A stretch of 64,000 nucleotides of DNA from Antedon mediterranea (taxonomy: Eukaryota > Animalia > Echinodermata). The DNA is taken from assembly GCF_964355755.1 (NCBI RefSeq), contig NC_092671.1, forward strand, positions 20,894,001 to 20,958,000, given 5' to 3'. The stretch's first letter is position 1, and the number at the start of each line of letters is the position of its first letter. Below, in pieces: positions 50,401 through 63,551 of this stretch. Below the pieces are notes generated by a model. It saw only the letters and a list, made by a program, of their open reading frames with translations. It did no database searches and had not been told where the DNA came from. The position numbers and the translations under genes are program-made.

Positions 50401-52200
50401 CACATCCCTGGTCTATCAACGCAAGCGGCTGTTGAAGTAATTAACCAACATTTTGCCACGATTTGTAGTGAACTTTCAGCACTTGACATTACAAAACTAC
50501 CAAGTTACTTACCAGCATCGGAACCCCCACCCGTTATCTACCCAGGACAAGTGAAATCTGCAATCGATAAGTTAAACATACAAAAAGCAGGACACCCAGA
50601 AGATCTACCGATCAGATTAATTAAGGAATTCTCATTTGAACTCTCTTATCCATTAGCGGACATTTTTAATTCTTCTTTAAATGAAGGTAATTTTCCTGAA
50701 CAATGGAAAAAGGCTACTATAATACCAGTTCCTAAGGTTCCAGATGCTAATAATTGTAATGACCTTCGGCCTATATCCCTAACACCCATTTTTTCTCGGA
50801 TATTTGAAAGCTTTTTAGCGGAGTGGGTAACTAATGATATAAAAGATTCTTTAGATAGTAAGCAATTTGGTTGTCGTAGAGGCTCGTCAACTTCACACTA
50901 CCTCGTAGACTTGATAAATTCTGTTGTATCTGACCTGGAGGGGGGTAGCAAATATTTAAACTTATGTGCTGTAGACTTTACGAAGGCTTTCGATCGTGTG
51001 GATCATAATGTTGTCATAAATAAATTAATATCCATAGGAGTGAGGCCGTCCATTCTTCCTACCGTTTGTAGTTTCCTCTTAAATCGCACATGCAATACCA
51101 AAGTTAAGGGAGCCACCTCTTCAAATTCTAATATTACTTGTGGGGTGCCCCAGGGCACGAAGTTGGGTCCCCTTCTCTTTTTGGTATTAGTCAATGATGT
51201 TGCTGAGGGAACTGACAGGCGGTGGAAATATGTGGACGACCTCACTCTTAGTGAAGTAGTTAGAAGTAGTGATAGCCAATTGTTGCAGGACACTTTAAAT
51301 CAACTTGATGATTGGTGTTTGATAAATAGAGTCCTCCCCAAGCCATCCAAGTGCAATGTGATGCGTATTTCCTTCCTAAAGTCCGACTGTCCTCCTCCCA
51401 GTTTCAATCTAAATGGCCATGATCTTAAATGTGTAAATCACATTAAACTGCTTGGTGTCACCTTGCAGGATAACCTTAAATGGGAGATGCATATTCATGA
51501 TATCGTTGCTAAAGCATGTCGACGTTTGTACACTTTGATTATACTTAAGAAAGCCAAGGCGCCTTCTAAAGATTTACTACAAGTATATACTTGCTATATA
51601 CGTCCTTTAGTTGAATATGCATGCCCTGTGTGGCACAGTTCAATTACGAAAGACCAAACTAAGTCAATAGAAAGAGTTCAAAAAAGAGCTCTACGAATCA
51701 TTTATGGCATGAACTATGTATCCTACGAGTCTGCTCTTAAATTGTCAGACCTTCCATCGCTAGTTAACAGAAGAGTCCAACTCTTACTGAAATTTGGTAA
51801 AGGAATAATAAAGTCCGATACATTTAGAAGCATTCTTCCACCTGTTCGTGACATTAGCAGAACCCTGAGGTCTGCGAGTAAGCCTCTACTCAAAATCCCG
51901 TTTGGTCGTACAGAAAGATTTAGATCTTCACCAGTCCCTTTTTTAGTCCGACTCATTAATGATGAATATTGAATAGGCTGGCACTATTTTAACTTACAGG
52001 TGGACCAATTTTTATGTGGTAAATTACTATTATTTTTTTTTTTTTTTTTTATTTTTTTTTTTTTTAAACTAGTTTTACCTTTTATACATAATGTATTTAT
52101 ATATTTTTATCAAATTTTGTAAAATACTACTTTTCAGCCTTTTGGCTGCCGTTGTATTTTGATGTCTTTTTATGAATAAATATACCTAAAAATAAAAAAA
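50401..52200 (+). mobile_element. 5'-truncated LINE (CR1/L2 group), antisense to the host gene
   Basis: Frame open from ~50380; T-rich 3' UTR, AATAAA and A-rich tail at ~52175-52200. Confidence 0.9.
50551..51972 (+). CDS. Non-LTR retrotransposon reverse transcriptase (truncated ORF2, uninterrupted)
   Basis: WKKATIIPVPK, LRPISLT, QFGCRRG, DFTKAFDRVDH, GVPQGTKLGP, YVDD and YACPVW motifs. Confidence 0.95.
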   Translation: MKSAIDKLNIQKAGHPEDLPIRLIKEFSFELSYPLADIFNSSLNEGNFPEQWKKATIIPVPKVPDANNCNDLRPISLTPIFSRIFESFLAEWVTNDIKDSLDSKQFGCRRGSSTSHYLVDLINSVVSDLEGGSKYLNLCAVDFTKAFDRVDHNVVINKLISIGVRPSILPTVCSFLLNRTCNTKVKGATSSNSNITCGVPQGTKLGPLLFLVLVNDVAEGTDRRWKYVDDLTLSEVVRSSDSQLLQDTLNQLDDWCLINRVLPKPSKCNVMRISFLKSDCPPPSFNLNGHDLKCVNHIKLLGVTLQDNLKWEMHIHDIVAKACRRLYTLIILKKAKAPSKDLLQVYTCYIRPLVEYACPVWHSSITKDQTKSIERVQKRALRIIYGMNYVSYESALKLSDLPSLVNRRVQLLLKFGKGIIKSDTFRSILPPVRDISRTLRSASKPLLKIPFGRTERFRSSPVPFLVRLINDEY

Positions 52201-52909
52201 AGTAATCATGTAGGCAATAGTAAACTTCTAAAAATGTGTTAAGAAGCTTCCTCTAATCTCATAATGTACATGGCCAACAGTGCTGGGCAGGCTAGGAGCA
52301 CATGGTTAGTGTCCTCCTCATTCTCCTACAGACTAGTCTCTGCATGCATGCATATGGAAATAGGCAAGATGATTATATACAGTACCGTACAATTTCTGGT
52401 GCAGCCCTAGAAACTAAACATCATTTGGATTGATTTTATATAAGTGCCAAACACACAATAACAAGGTATATATTTAAATAATATGCAATTAAAGTCAGTT
52501 AAATAGACATAGGCTAGCCGTATACCACACAGTGCATCTTAACTGAAGAAATGTGAGGTTTTCCCTTTTCATGGAACGTTCACTTGAAGTAAGACTGATT
52601 ACGATGTAATAAAGGCAATCAACAAAATTATATCCTCTTGATTCTAATATGTACTATCTAAAATATCATTGTTTTATTATTAAAATACCATTGTTTTGAT
52701 CGTAAAATGTTTAAATTTTGGCCTAGAAATAAGTTCAACTACATAAAAAATAATAATATTTCAGTCTCTGTTATGGGTTCGTCTTAAAAAAAGGTGCGAC
52801 TTGTACGCCGAAATATACGGTAGCATTAGAACCCCTCTTTTTGGACACCCAATAAAGACACTTTACCATAAAACGAGGGGAAATAAATATTTGAACGCTG
52901 CGGCCAACG

Positions 52910-53093
52910 GTTGAACGCACCAACCCACAAATTCGAAAAAACAACCACAAATGTGAAAACACATCACCCACAATGGAAAAACACATTGCCATCAAATGTA
53001 AACAAATATTTTTTCACATTTGTGGGTGATGCGTTTTCACATTTGTTGCTGATGCATTTTCACATCTGTGGTTTTCAAATTTATAAGTTCAAC
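52910..53093. mobile_element. Short deleted copy of the CACAAATGTGAAAAC foldback element
   Basis: GTTGAAC...GTTCAAC ends with inverted copies of the same motif. Confidence 0.75.
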
Positions 53094-53151
53094 ATTGTGC
53101 TAATGTATTTCAAAAAGTGAAATTTAACAGCAAATGAACCAAACAACTCAC

Positions 53152-53349
53152 ATTAAGATAAAGAATCCAAAGAATACCCATAAACAACATGTCAAAAGTC
53201 ACAAAAAGGCAGAACATTCTTCGAACTGATGAAAATGGTTGTATAGTTGATTTCACACCTTTAATTTGTTCAGTGGAGCCACTAATTAGGATTTCTGCAG
53301 CATGACGGGCTGTTGAGTTTCTGTTGTAGGCCGACATACTGTACTGTAC
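53152..53349 (-). CDS. STARD3: STARD3/STARD3NL-like exon: N-terminus and first TM helix (…SSVRRMFCLFVTFDMLFMGILWILYLN)
   Basis: Hallmark VRR.FCLFVTFD motif; GTGAGT donor after Asn (phase 0); tatag acceptor at 53350; in-frame ATG at 53337. Confidence 0.93.
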
Positions 53350-54099
53350 CTATAATGTCAAATTTAAAATAATAGATCATTTGCAGATTACGTTGCATAT
53401 CGCATCAGCCTTTTTGGTTTGTACTTAAAAGGATGGAAATGTAAGAGGTAGAAATTTAACAAGGTTGTTCATCATAGAGAAAGAAGGGACTTTGGTCTAT
53501 CGAATGTTGTGACATGATCATATGACCAGTTGAACTTAAAAAGTCGTATTTTCTCATTCATAAAAGTTTATCACGTTTAAAAGAGCGCAATCTCGCTTTG
53601 GCTGCTGACTGAAACACAATTGAATGTATGAATTACTGCATGTGCCGTTTGTTACACAACAACATAAAAACATGTGGTTCAATAATAATAATTATTTTAC
53701 TTTTCTTTTTTAAATGGTTATACAGCAGTAGCAGATACAGAGGGGGTGGGGGCTCCCCCACCCTATAAATCTGGACCCAAAAAAAAATAATTATCCTACC
53801 ATAAGGAAAAAAATTTGGGAAAAAAGCCCAAGAGTAAGAGTACTTTCAATTCTGATTTAACACATTGTTTCAGTGCCGTGCTAATTTATTCTTGAACAAA
53901 GGTCGCCATTGCTGTTGATGTTGTCACACAATCTTAATAATACACAAAATATTTTAATAAAAAACGTGATTTTATGTAATTATTTTTACTGAAAAATGGC
54001 GTAGTTCATACATTTGCCAACTGAGGGGGCAACATGTTTCTGTCGTTTTTGGCCAAAAAATTGATCATTTTCTGCGATGTTTTAAAATGAAATGTTAGT

Positions 54100-56760
54100 G
54101 TGCTCTCTATTTTGTGTCTAAGTATGTATACATTACATTCTGCATACATATTACATACAGTGTGGCATATGTGAAATTATGGGACATGCTTTTTATTCCA
54201 ATTTTTAATATGAAGACGTCAGCAAAATGAAGATAGCTATTTCGGAAAAAAATAATCCGAGTAAAAACATATTAACATGTTGAATAGATTTGAATACATA
54301 GAATATAGATGCGCGCTCTTTTAAATGTGATGAACTATGACGCAAAAGATGAAAATCCGACTCTTTTTATTCAACTATCACAACATCCGATTGGCAAAAT
54401 GTTCACATGACTTTGTATCTACAATCCAATAGCTTCCAGAAACCGTTTTAATCATGATTATCACTTTTTATTCGGACGAGTCCAATTTTTTTAATTGAAT
54501 ATGTTAGCAGATAAATTGTAGATATGAATTCATGCAGAATTTTTACCTTTTGGATGATGATGACGTCATCGTATGGCCACACGAATGTAAAATATAGGAT
54601 TCTTGTCTCTTTTGTTATTGCTAATCACATTCAACAGAGCGCATCTCGCTTATACGTATTCCATTTCCCCCGAGATTTTAATATTGTCTACATCAATCAA
54701 CTGTCTTTCGCATGAGTTAAAATATTTTAATTTTTATGACGTCATCATGTCTAAAAATGTAAATAACATGGGTCACTTATTTTCATCTTTACAGTAAATT
54801 TCAATCTGTTATAGCTCGTCCGAATAAAAAGTGATAATCATGATTAAAACGTTTTCTGGAAGCTATTGGATTTTTGATACGAATTCAGGTGAAGATTTTG
54901 CTAATCGGATGTTGTGAGGCCATCATATGGCCAGTTTAATACAAAAAGTTGTATTTTCATATTTTACGTCATAGTTCATCACATTTAAAAGAGCGCGCAT
55001 CTATATTTTAGGTATTCAAATTTCTTCTACACGTTAATATGTTATTGCCGAGATAATTTCCTTCAGAGATTGCTATATTAGTGTTTCATTTTGATACCGT
55101 CACCATGTTAAAAATTGGAATAAATGGCGGGACCCGTAATTTCACCCATTCTACACTGTATGTTATATGTATACAGATTATATGTATACTGTAAATAGTA
55201 TATGACACAAAATATACAGCATTCAGTACTAACAACATATCATATTCTTCAGTTCAGGTCATAATGCCATAATCTTTGTCTGTGTGCAATATTCCAATGT
55301 ATGACATGCACGTGGCGTTTGTCGAGCGGATAACTAACTCGTCAAAGTGACGAGTTTCATGTCTAGTTTTCTATTTTCTTCTTTCTTTCCACGAATTTTG
55401 TTCGCAGCGTATCTCTAATTCTGGCCAACATATGATTGTATAACTTTGTCATAAGGTAGACTTGTATCTGTAGATGTGCAAGAAACTTCGTTTTATGAAT
55501 TTAGAGTTGTGCAACGTGACTTGCGCGCGATTTTATGAATTTCAATGATTGATCATAGATTAAAAACCAAAGGTCATTTTGTATTGACACTTGGTGAAAA
55601 TTTAAGTCATATCAGTGGCAAACTTTCTATGGATTAAAAATGGCATGTTTCACATAAAGTTATGCGCGCACGTAGCGCTAAAAACATCTTTTTTTGCGTG
55701 ATTTATGTTTTTCCAGCCTTTTCTAGTAATTTTACCAACTTTCTAACAATTTCGACTTACAATCACGTCATACGTGCACGTCGAATTGGACAATTCGCGC
55801 GCGTTTTTGATGAAAAAGTTCAAAAATTCTTCAAAATTATGCCTTTTTTTAAACAGTCATAGATTCTAAACTATGCGGTGAACTTTTTTTTAATTGCATA
55901 TTCTGGAGGTTGATGAGTTGTAGATATCGGATCATGGATCAATATGGCTAAATGGACATTGTGAGGTCATCATATGGCCACTCGAATATAAAATATAGGA
56001 TTTTTGTCTTTTTCGTCATAGCTCATCACATTTAATTGAGCGCATCTGCACTTATCCCTATTCCATTTCCCTCCGTTTTTTATATTGTCTTGGTCAATCA
56101 ATTATCTTTCGCATGATTTAACATTTTTAAAATTGTGATGACGTCATCATGATTAAAAGCGTGCATAACATGGGTCACTTATTTTCATCATTACAGTAAA
56201 TTTCAATCTGTTATAGCTCGTCAGAATAAAAAGTGATAATCATGATTAATACGTTTTCTGGAAGCTATTTGATTGTAGATACGAATTCATGTGAATATTT
56301 TGCCAACCAGATGTTGTGACGTCATCATATGGCTAGTTGAGTTCAAAAAGTGGTATTTTCATCTCTTGCGTAAAAGTTCATTGCGTTTAAACGAGAGCGC
56401 ATCTCAATTTTACGTGCCCAAAATTCGTCAAATTTACAATAATATAATTATTTAAATAATTATCTTCTAAAATTGTTATCTTTATATGTCAATTTGATGA
56501 CGTCATTGTGTTAATAATTGGATTTAAAAGATGGGTCTCGTAATTTCGTCTATGCTACACTGTATATAACATATACAGTTTTTTCTGTAAATACAGTAAT
56601 ATGCTGTATGCTACATAATAGGTACAATTCAGCACTGTAAACATATTTATTTCATGTCATAGGATGGCATAATAATTGTCGATGTTCATATGGTTAAGTA
56701 CGTGAATGTTGCGTTTGCGCGGATAACCCGAACTCGTCAAAGTGACGAGTTCAAATCTAG
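54100..56760 (+). mobile_element. Headless, rearranged family A-like nest (two stacked tails plus an inverted fragment)
   Basis: Tails at 55366 and 56760. ~54130-54480 is A body sequence in the opposite orientation to ~54815-55170. Confidence 0.8.
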
Positions 56761-56799
56761 TTGTTTTAGTAATGTTATCACTATACTAGAAACGTTATG

Positions 56800-57430
56800 G
56801 TGGCATCGATCTATCGAGGACACTATTATGGTGATATTATGGCTATAACAAATATTTTTTACATGTTCCTCGTGAAACGGATTTTTTAATTAACATTTTT
56901 TATTCACCTATGAAAGACCTCTTCAAATACATGGAAATAGGAAATGCAACAAAAACAGAAAGATATAATTTATTGAAATGTAATGTACAGTAATACAATA
57001 ATTATAATAAAAATATTTTCCATCAATTACTAGAATTTATTTTACTTTTGCTGACACTGAAAACATCATTTCATGTCTTTCATTTCTTCTTTTTTTATCT
57101 TCTTTCCTGTTGTGTTTATTAAAATAAAATCAAATAAAACATTAAATAATGAAGCAACTATTCATTAATTTATTTCAACAATATTTTATGAGGGTGGTCA
57201 ATCCAGCCGAAGCTGATCATTATATTAGGGACCCTCACAAAAAATATAATTTTACAAGACAATAACACACAACATTCAAAATAAATAGAATTTCTAAAAA
57301 TGAACAACATAAATAAACACAAAATATTTCTTTATGAAAAAAATTAAAATCCGTTTCACGAGGAACATGTAAAAAATATTTGTTATAGCCATAATATCAC
57401 CATAATAGTGTCCTCTATAGATCGATGCCC
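56800..57430. mobile_element. MITE with ~85 bp TIRs
   Basis: GGCATCGATCTATCGAGGACACTATTATGG... is inverted at 57343-57430; possible TATG TSD. Confidence 0.8.
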
Positions 57431-57857
57431 TATGAGGCCTCCGTACTTTTATCGGCAGGCCAAGCGATGATTTTCGCGAAGCTAAGCTGGCGATGGGTTT
57501 CTGAAGGGTGCTCAATTTTTAATTGATTAAAAATAGTTATAAATAAGAAATTATCAATATTTTACCATTTTGTGCTTGCAGAATGTTGTAGACAACTCGT
57601 GAGTAGGTTAGATGAAGTATTGAAACCATTTTGAGTAATTTTAAGGGGTGGGTACGAAACTGCATTAGCGCCGGTTTGGCTACGGGTTGACCAGCACCCG
57701 CTAGGAAGGACCTAGGCTAGGCATAGAGAGCTAGTAGTAGCTAGAGTCTAGCCTCTAGGCTAGGATAGACCTTTTTATGCCTAACTAAACAGGTCTTTTT
57801 ATTTTACTTCGACTTCCACTTGTTGCTTTTAATTAACTTAGTCGATATTAGTCTTAC

Positions 57858-57900
57858 CATGGGATTAGGCCAACCACAGACAATTTCGGCCACAGACAAT
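57858..57900 (-). other. Probable first exon of the STARD3-like gene, ending in ATG (5' boundary unknown)
   Basis: Minus strand CCCATG|GTAAGA. Splicing to 53349 gives in-frame M-VQYSMSAY. Confidence 0.45.
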
Positions 57901-58449
57901 AATTATTAATTTAATACCAAAGAATATAATTATATCACATGATGTGATTTTCGCTGTAACAGCAAAGATAGTGTAGTTAGGAAAGGACACTATCTTTGGT
58001 AACAGTAATATTGTCCATGTGGTAGGGCGCCGCCATAAGTGAGGATGTATCTGGGATCGGATGATGTATACAACTTATTGTGACGGTTAATCAAAGGCTG
58101 GACCACCGGTAGTATTTTCATGATAAACAAGAAATATTTCTTACAAAAAACGCCGCGTAACTTTTTGACTGGACAGTTGTAAGGACAGTCTTCATTAATC
58201 TAATATAATAGGTCGGCCAATCAAAACGCAAGAGAACAATTGGGACTTTACTTGTGATTTATGTCATTGGCTTGTCAGCACAGTCGTTTCTTAAACGCAC
58301 ACACTTGTATTGGGAATAATGTACGTTTATGTGGTTATTACTATCGCATTTAGGTATTGATAATAATAATAATAAATGGCTGTTCAGCCGTACCACGCCG
58401 AGAATGTTAAAGAGACGTTATCCAATCGAGTTCGAACAATACCATGAAA

Positions 58450-58521
58450 GCCCCAGTGGTCTAATGGTTAGGACATCTGCATATCAAGCAGGCGGTCCGA
58501 GTTCGAGTCTCGGTTGGGGCG
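58450..58521 (+). tRNA. tRNA-like cloverleaf with anticodon ATC (Asp); probably repeat-borne or a pseudogene
   Basis: All four stems pair (GCCCCAG/TTGGGGC, GTCT/GGAC, TCTGC/GCAGG, CCGAG/CTCGG). A and B boxes are present and T6 follows. Confidence 0.6.
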
Positions 58522-58652
58522 ATTTTTTCTCATTCTCACAGATTTCCTCATCTTTATCGTTTCAAATTAATTAATTAAAATTTCAGTATATCACCGGGCG
58601 GTTTAGAATTACTGTTCTTTGCCTCTTGTGTTTATATATATATATATATATA

Positions 58653-58692
58653 TTCACTGATGAAGGGCTAGTGTTGCCCGAAAGCTCTGCTA
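58653..58692 (+). ncRNA. Minimal type I hammerhead ribozyme motif
   Basis: CTGATGA-a-GGGC(tagtgtt)GCCC-GAAA-GC-TC, with a palindromic AGCT stem III as in Penelope-like elements and retrozymes. Stem I is weak. Confidence 0.65.
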
Positions 58693-59079
58693 ACTTTTCT
58701 GGCTGTTTACTTTATCGTTTTGATTTAGCTTTTCGCTTTTTATTTTTGTATCTCCATTGAGATCCAGCCACTGATACCCACAGCATTGTCATTTTTTTCA
58801 GTAATTTGCCTTTGGATTTATATATATATATATATATATAAATATAATATTAAGTATAATTATGAATTCACCAACACTTTCAGGCCCACTAACAATGATC
58901 CCGGGCCCGAGTTTTTGTAGACCGGACTTCCATGCACAGCCACATGTTAAGGAATATGAATCTCTTTATGATTTTAATATGGTTCGAAATGATATTACAC
59001 AACAACGATTAGACAGCAACTGTGCAAGAGTCCAACTAATAAAATCGGAATGATCAATTAATTGAACATTTACAGCATA

Positions 59080-59432
59080 AGGCCCATACACTAGGACGAT
59101 AACGATTGACGATAAATAGACAAATGTGCATTTTTAATACATAAACCAAAAGAAATATAAACAATTCCTTTGATGAAAATTATATTTTCACACGTCCAAT
59201 CAAATGACGTCATGATTAGTAAGACCAATAATATCGTGACAATACAGCGATTTTATTGTTTTTATTTATCATGACGTCATTTGATTGGAATTTGAAAAAC
59301 ATTATTTTTATCAAAGACAGCATAAATGATTATCCTATAGGTCTAGAACGAAAACTTTTCTAATTTCTTTTGGTTTATGTAAAAAAAATGCATGCTATCG
59401 TCCGTCGTTATCGTCATAGTGTAATTGGGCCT
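59080..59432. mobile_element. Palindromic MITE, PIF/Harbinger-like ends
   Basis: AGGCCCATACACTAGGACGATAACGA / TCGTTATCGTCATAGTGTAATTGGGCCT; internal inverted CCAATCAAATGACGTCATGA. Confidence 0.7.
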
Positions 59433-60358
59433 TTATACAAAAAAAATAAATTGATTACGAAGTTACATGTCATTTTCACCTATCACCAAAAAACTAACCT
59501 TTTCAACACTAATTAATTGTTACGAAGCCAATTTATATTATATATTTCATTAAAACTGAACTGTAAATGAAGAGTAAGTATCAGTTAATATGAATAATAT
59601 AACTAGTAGGTCTATGAACTTGCGTCCAGACACAGAACTGTGACATTACTATCATAAATGTTGAAACCACTTATAAACCTTTTTTTAAAGAAAATATAAT
59701 TGTGTTAGGAGAAGGCTAATAAACAAATAGATAATGTACAAACCTTTTTCTGGATTAACTAATGGAGCAGGCGTTCCTAATAATCTGCTACTGCTACCTA
59801 GACTGATTGTTCACCTTCTGACGATAATTGATTGGACCCCCCCCCCCCCATGGCATCTGATAACCAACAAAAAAATTTACCAGGACTGTTTCAATGATTT
59901 AATATCTGACGGCGTATTATTATAACATTGGCCTAGATTGACAGTCAAAAGAAAGTCATCGTAAATACCTCCCTTTATGTTGACAGAGCCAAAATAAAGT
60001 TTTGACCATTATCGAAAGATTATTTGACAGTGACTTATTATAATACCGGCCTGGTTGACAGCAAAAACGAAGTTATTATTTATTGAACAAGATTTTACAG
60101 ATTTCCGTCTACATCTCAATAATACTGTATTATCAGCAAAGGCTTTCATATAGACTCTCTTCTTCCAGACGTTTTTTGGGTCCAGCAGCTACCTATAAAT
60201 TATAGTCGAGTTTCCAAATTCACAAAACTGTCAGCCTTAGATACTAAAGCTACCGCTATGAAACAGCTTATTAATGAATGTGTCCTCCTGGGACATAGCT
60301 GGCTAGAGCCGCGGCGCGAAAATGTTATCAACTACATTGGATATTTAATTGTTCGTTT

Positions 60359-60880
60359 TAGTTCAGATCCCTATGTATTTTCGTGTGCAGATCATGGGGA
60401 AAGTGTAAACATTGTGTTTTATGAATATTTGAATTATGCTGGTTGTAAAAACCCATGTTGTCAAATTTCTAAAATTCATCTTTGACCTCTGACCTCAATT
60501 TTAATGTTTTGACCCATTGAAAACAAAATGGTCATATCTTTGTAACGCTGAGATTAAATGAAATAATTTTAGTGTCAAATTATTTGGGAGATGCATATTA
60601 ATATTCGTTCTAATGGAAAAGTTTGTCCAAAAATGGCCGGAAGTATGATTTTTGGCAATTTCACCTTTGACCTACATATCATATAACTCCGTAACTAACA
60701 GTTGGACAAACTTTAAATAGGGCTCAAATTAATCTGAAGGTATATGTTTCTATTTAGTCTAATAAGAACTTTTTCACGAAAATGACCCAAAATGTTCTTA
60801 TTGACCTTTGACCTGTACAGGTAATACACATTCCTACAATCTCAAAAACTATTGGTCGTAAAAGGCGTTTTTTTGTGAAA
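60359..60880. mobile_element. Single arm of the palindromic Academ-like family at 24937
   Basis: Near-identical to 24937-25470 for ~520 bp. Diverged related repeats at ~61430-62200. No right end found. Confidence 0.85.
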
Positions 60881-63036
60881 TCATATATTTTGTGTGTATT
60901 GCAATGTACATGTCATGAGTTTTAATTTGATACCAAACTTGGTATGTATATACGAAGATTTAAGTTTTCACCTAATTACGTAATACTAAAAAAGGGCGTG
61001 GTCCAAATGACGTCGTTAAATTGTTCCGATTTTTTGGGCACCCCTTCTAGGATTGTTAGATATACCACTCTACTAGCTGGGGTTCGAACGTCTACCGCCG
61101 CGAATGACTAACAATTTAATGTCAGAAAAAATGGAATTATAACTCTTCGTTACGTGTTTCGAAAAGAATTTATATCTCCTCGTTGGTATGTCGGCGTGGT
61201 TATGCAAATGAGTTTGTGCAGGTGTAGTGGGAAAGATGGTATTGTTAGTCATTCGCGGTCAACACGCCACACTGTTAAATTTAGATTTTTGTACTAAATA
61301 GTTGGGGAGCCAGAAAGTGTTTACGTGCACCCTCTAGCAAACTATGTTAACAATGTTTTTTTGCTTCCTTATATCAATACAAATCAATTTTTTGCTGTTG
61401 GCCGAAAAAAAAATGGGATGCTTGGTCAGTAAAGGGGCCAAAAGGTCAATATGGTCAAAGTTAGAACTGTGCGTAACTTGGTAACTACTGGGTGTATTGG
61501 AATATTTTTTGTGCCAAACTACTCAAAAGACCCATATTTCTATTCACTCTAATGGGAAACTTTTGCCAAAATTGGACAGAAACCCATTTTCTGACCACTA
61601 GTCAAGAAAGTGATAATCGCAAAGTATATGTTTATATTTGTTCTAATGTAATAAAAATTATAAAACTGTCAATAAACCCCTTATTTTGACCTTGACATAT
61701 AGCCGGCACAACTATTTTTGGCTTGGAGCACACTTTTCATATCTCAGAAATTGTTGGGCGGATATGGTCATAGTTGGTGTCAAAATACTCAGAAGATACA
61801 TATTTCTATTCACTTTAATGGACAACATTTGCCAAATATTACCATGACACTTTATTTTTTACCATTGGTCAAGAAAATAGCCATATCAATATCTCAGACC
61901 ATTAGTCAGAAAGTTATAATTTTAGTCTCAAATTACCCGCAAAACATATATTTATATTTGCTCTAATACAGAAATACACAAAATGTTAAAAAAACACCTT
62001 ATTTTAACCTATAGCTGGTACAATCATTTTTGTGTAGAGCACACTTACATTTTTAATAACTAGCGAATGTTGTCTTTGTTTAATATCAAAATACACTCAT
62101 ATTGATATCACTCTAATGAACAAGTGCCAAAAGACATATCATGACCAGTGATCAAGAAAATGACCATAGAAATATTTAGCAACCAGGTCACAAAATACTA
62201 GGAATGAATATGTTTAAAAAAAAATATGACAAAGTGGAGCCTTTCTTTTCAGGTATCACATGATAAATTGAAACGCGTTGCCCACGATACACCATACGGT
62301 AGGCTACTCCAGGCCCATAAACTAGTTTTTATAGAGGGGTTCGAATTTGAAAGCCTTTGATAGACCTACCAATTACGATTAATTTGTATGTGTCTATTAA
62401 ATTTCAAATACACCGGCTCTGTGGATAATGGTTTTCAGAGGAAGAAGTGGCGATTAGAAGGGAGTTCTTAACCTCAGCCCCACATCGTATTCGGATTGAG
62501 TAAGGATATTTTTATAATATGGACCTATAGTTGACCAGAAATTTAAATGTAAAATTTAGATGTAAACATCGTATCAAAGTTCCAGCTTGGAGTCAATTGT
62601 ATAAAACCTTAAAAAGATATTTGAATCTGAAATATACACATAGGTCGGGTCAATGGTAGGGGCGGTTAAGGGAAGGGGTCTTCTGCACCACCTCAGTCCC
62701 ATCATGGATGGGGCTGAGGTAAGAAAATGAAAACATAGACCTTTTAGTTGGTACAATCGTATCAAACTTCTCAATTCTTTAACAATAATGTTATTGTTTG
62801 TACTGTCTACTTTTAATTTATGGATAGGGAAAGTCACGCCGTCTCCACACCCAAATCATTTTACTATAATACCAAATTTAAACTCTTGCAATATTTCACT
62901 TTAAACTATACCCACTTTCTTTCTTGCTTGTGTTTAAAATTATAAAAATCTAAAGACAAATCAAATAAAACCGTTACTACAGTAGTATGACTATGTTATT
63001 ATAATCCTAAAGGACATTATTGTTATTATTATTTGT

Positions 63037-63551
63037 CATCCTCCTTTTTGTTGGATTTACTAATAATCTAAGAAGCAAATAAATGTATCAACATTGCATA
63101 GTAAACCATCATATTACATCAGTGCGCATTTGATTTTAATTGAAACTAGTATCTTAAATATAGGTTTAGGTGAATAAAGATTACTATGCAACTAATTTAC
63201 ATATTTCTGTTTATTTGTATTAAAAAGATTCAATATAACTAAGTATGTTGCATCAAACAGCTTATTGGAATGGAGCGAAACATTGGAACATCCTCCTTTT
63301 TGTTGGATTTACTAATATTAATAATCTAAGAAGCAAATAAATGAATGAACATTGCATAGTAAACCATCATACTACATCAATGCGCATGTGATTTTAATTA
63401 AAACTAGTATCCTAAATATAGGTTTGTGAATAAAGATTATTACAATGCAACTAATTTACATATTTTTGTTTATTTGTATTAAAAAGATTCAATATAACTA
63501 AGTATGTTGCATCAAAGAGCTTATTGGAATGGAGGGAAACATTGGAACATC
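63037..63551. repeat. ~255 bp tandem duplication within a decayed inverted-repeat element (~62930-63890)
   Basis: catcctcctttttgttggatttactaat... occurs at 63037 and 63289; inverted matches at ~63720-63795. Confidence 0.75.

Larger units (their letters stand above)
48288..52820. mobile_element. Older TA-TSD MITE related to 9780-10635, split by two nested insertions
   Basis: Left end CTGTATATGTCGGTCTACAAGACGTACTTTTGACACGCAAATTT, right end GTGCGACTTGTACGCCGAAATATACGG, TA flanks. Confidence 0.75.

Noticed and set aside
51003-51956. Antisense ORFs over the RT
   Set aside because: Shadow ORFs of the LINE coding strand.
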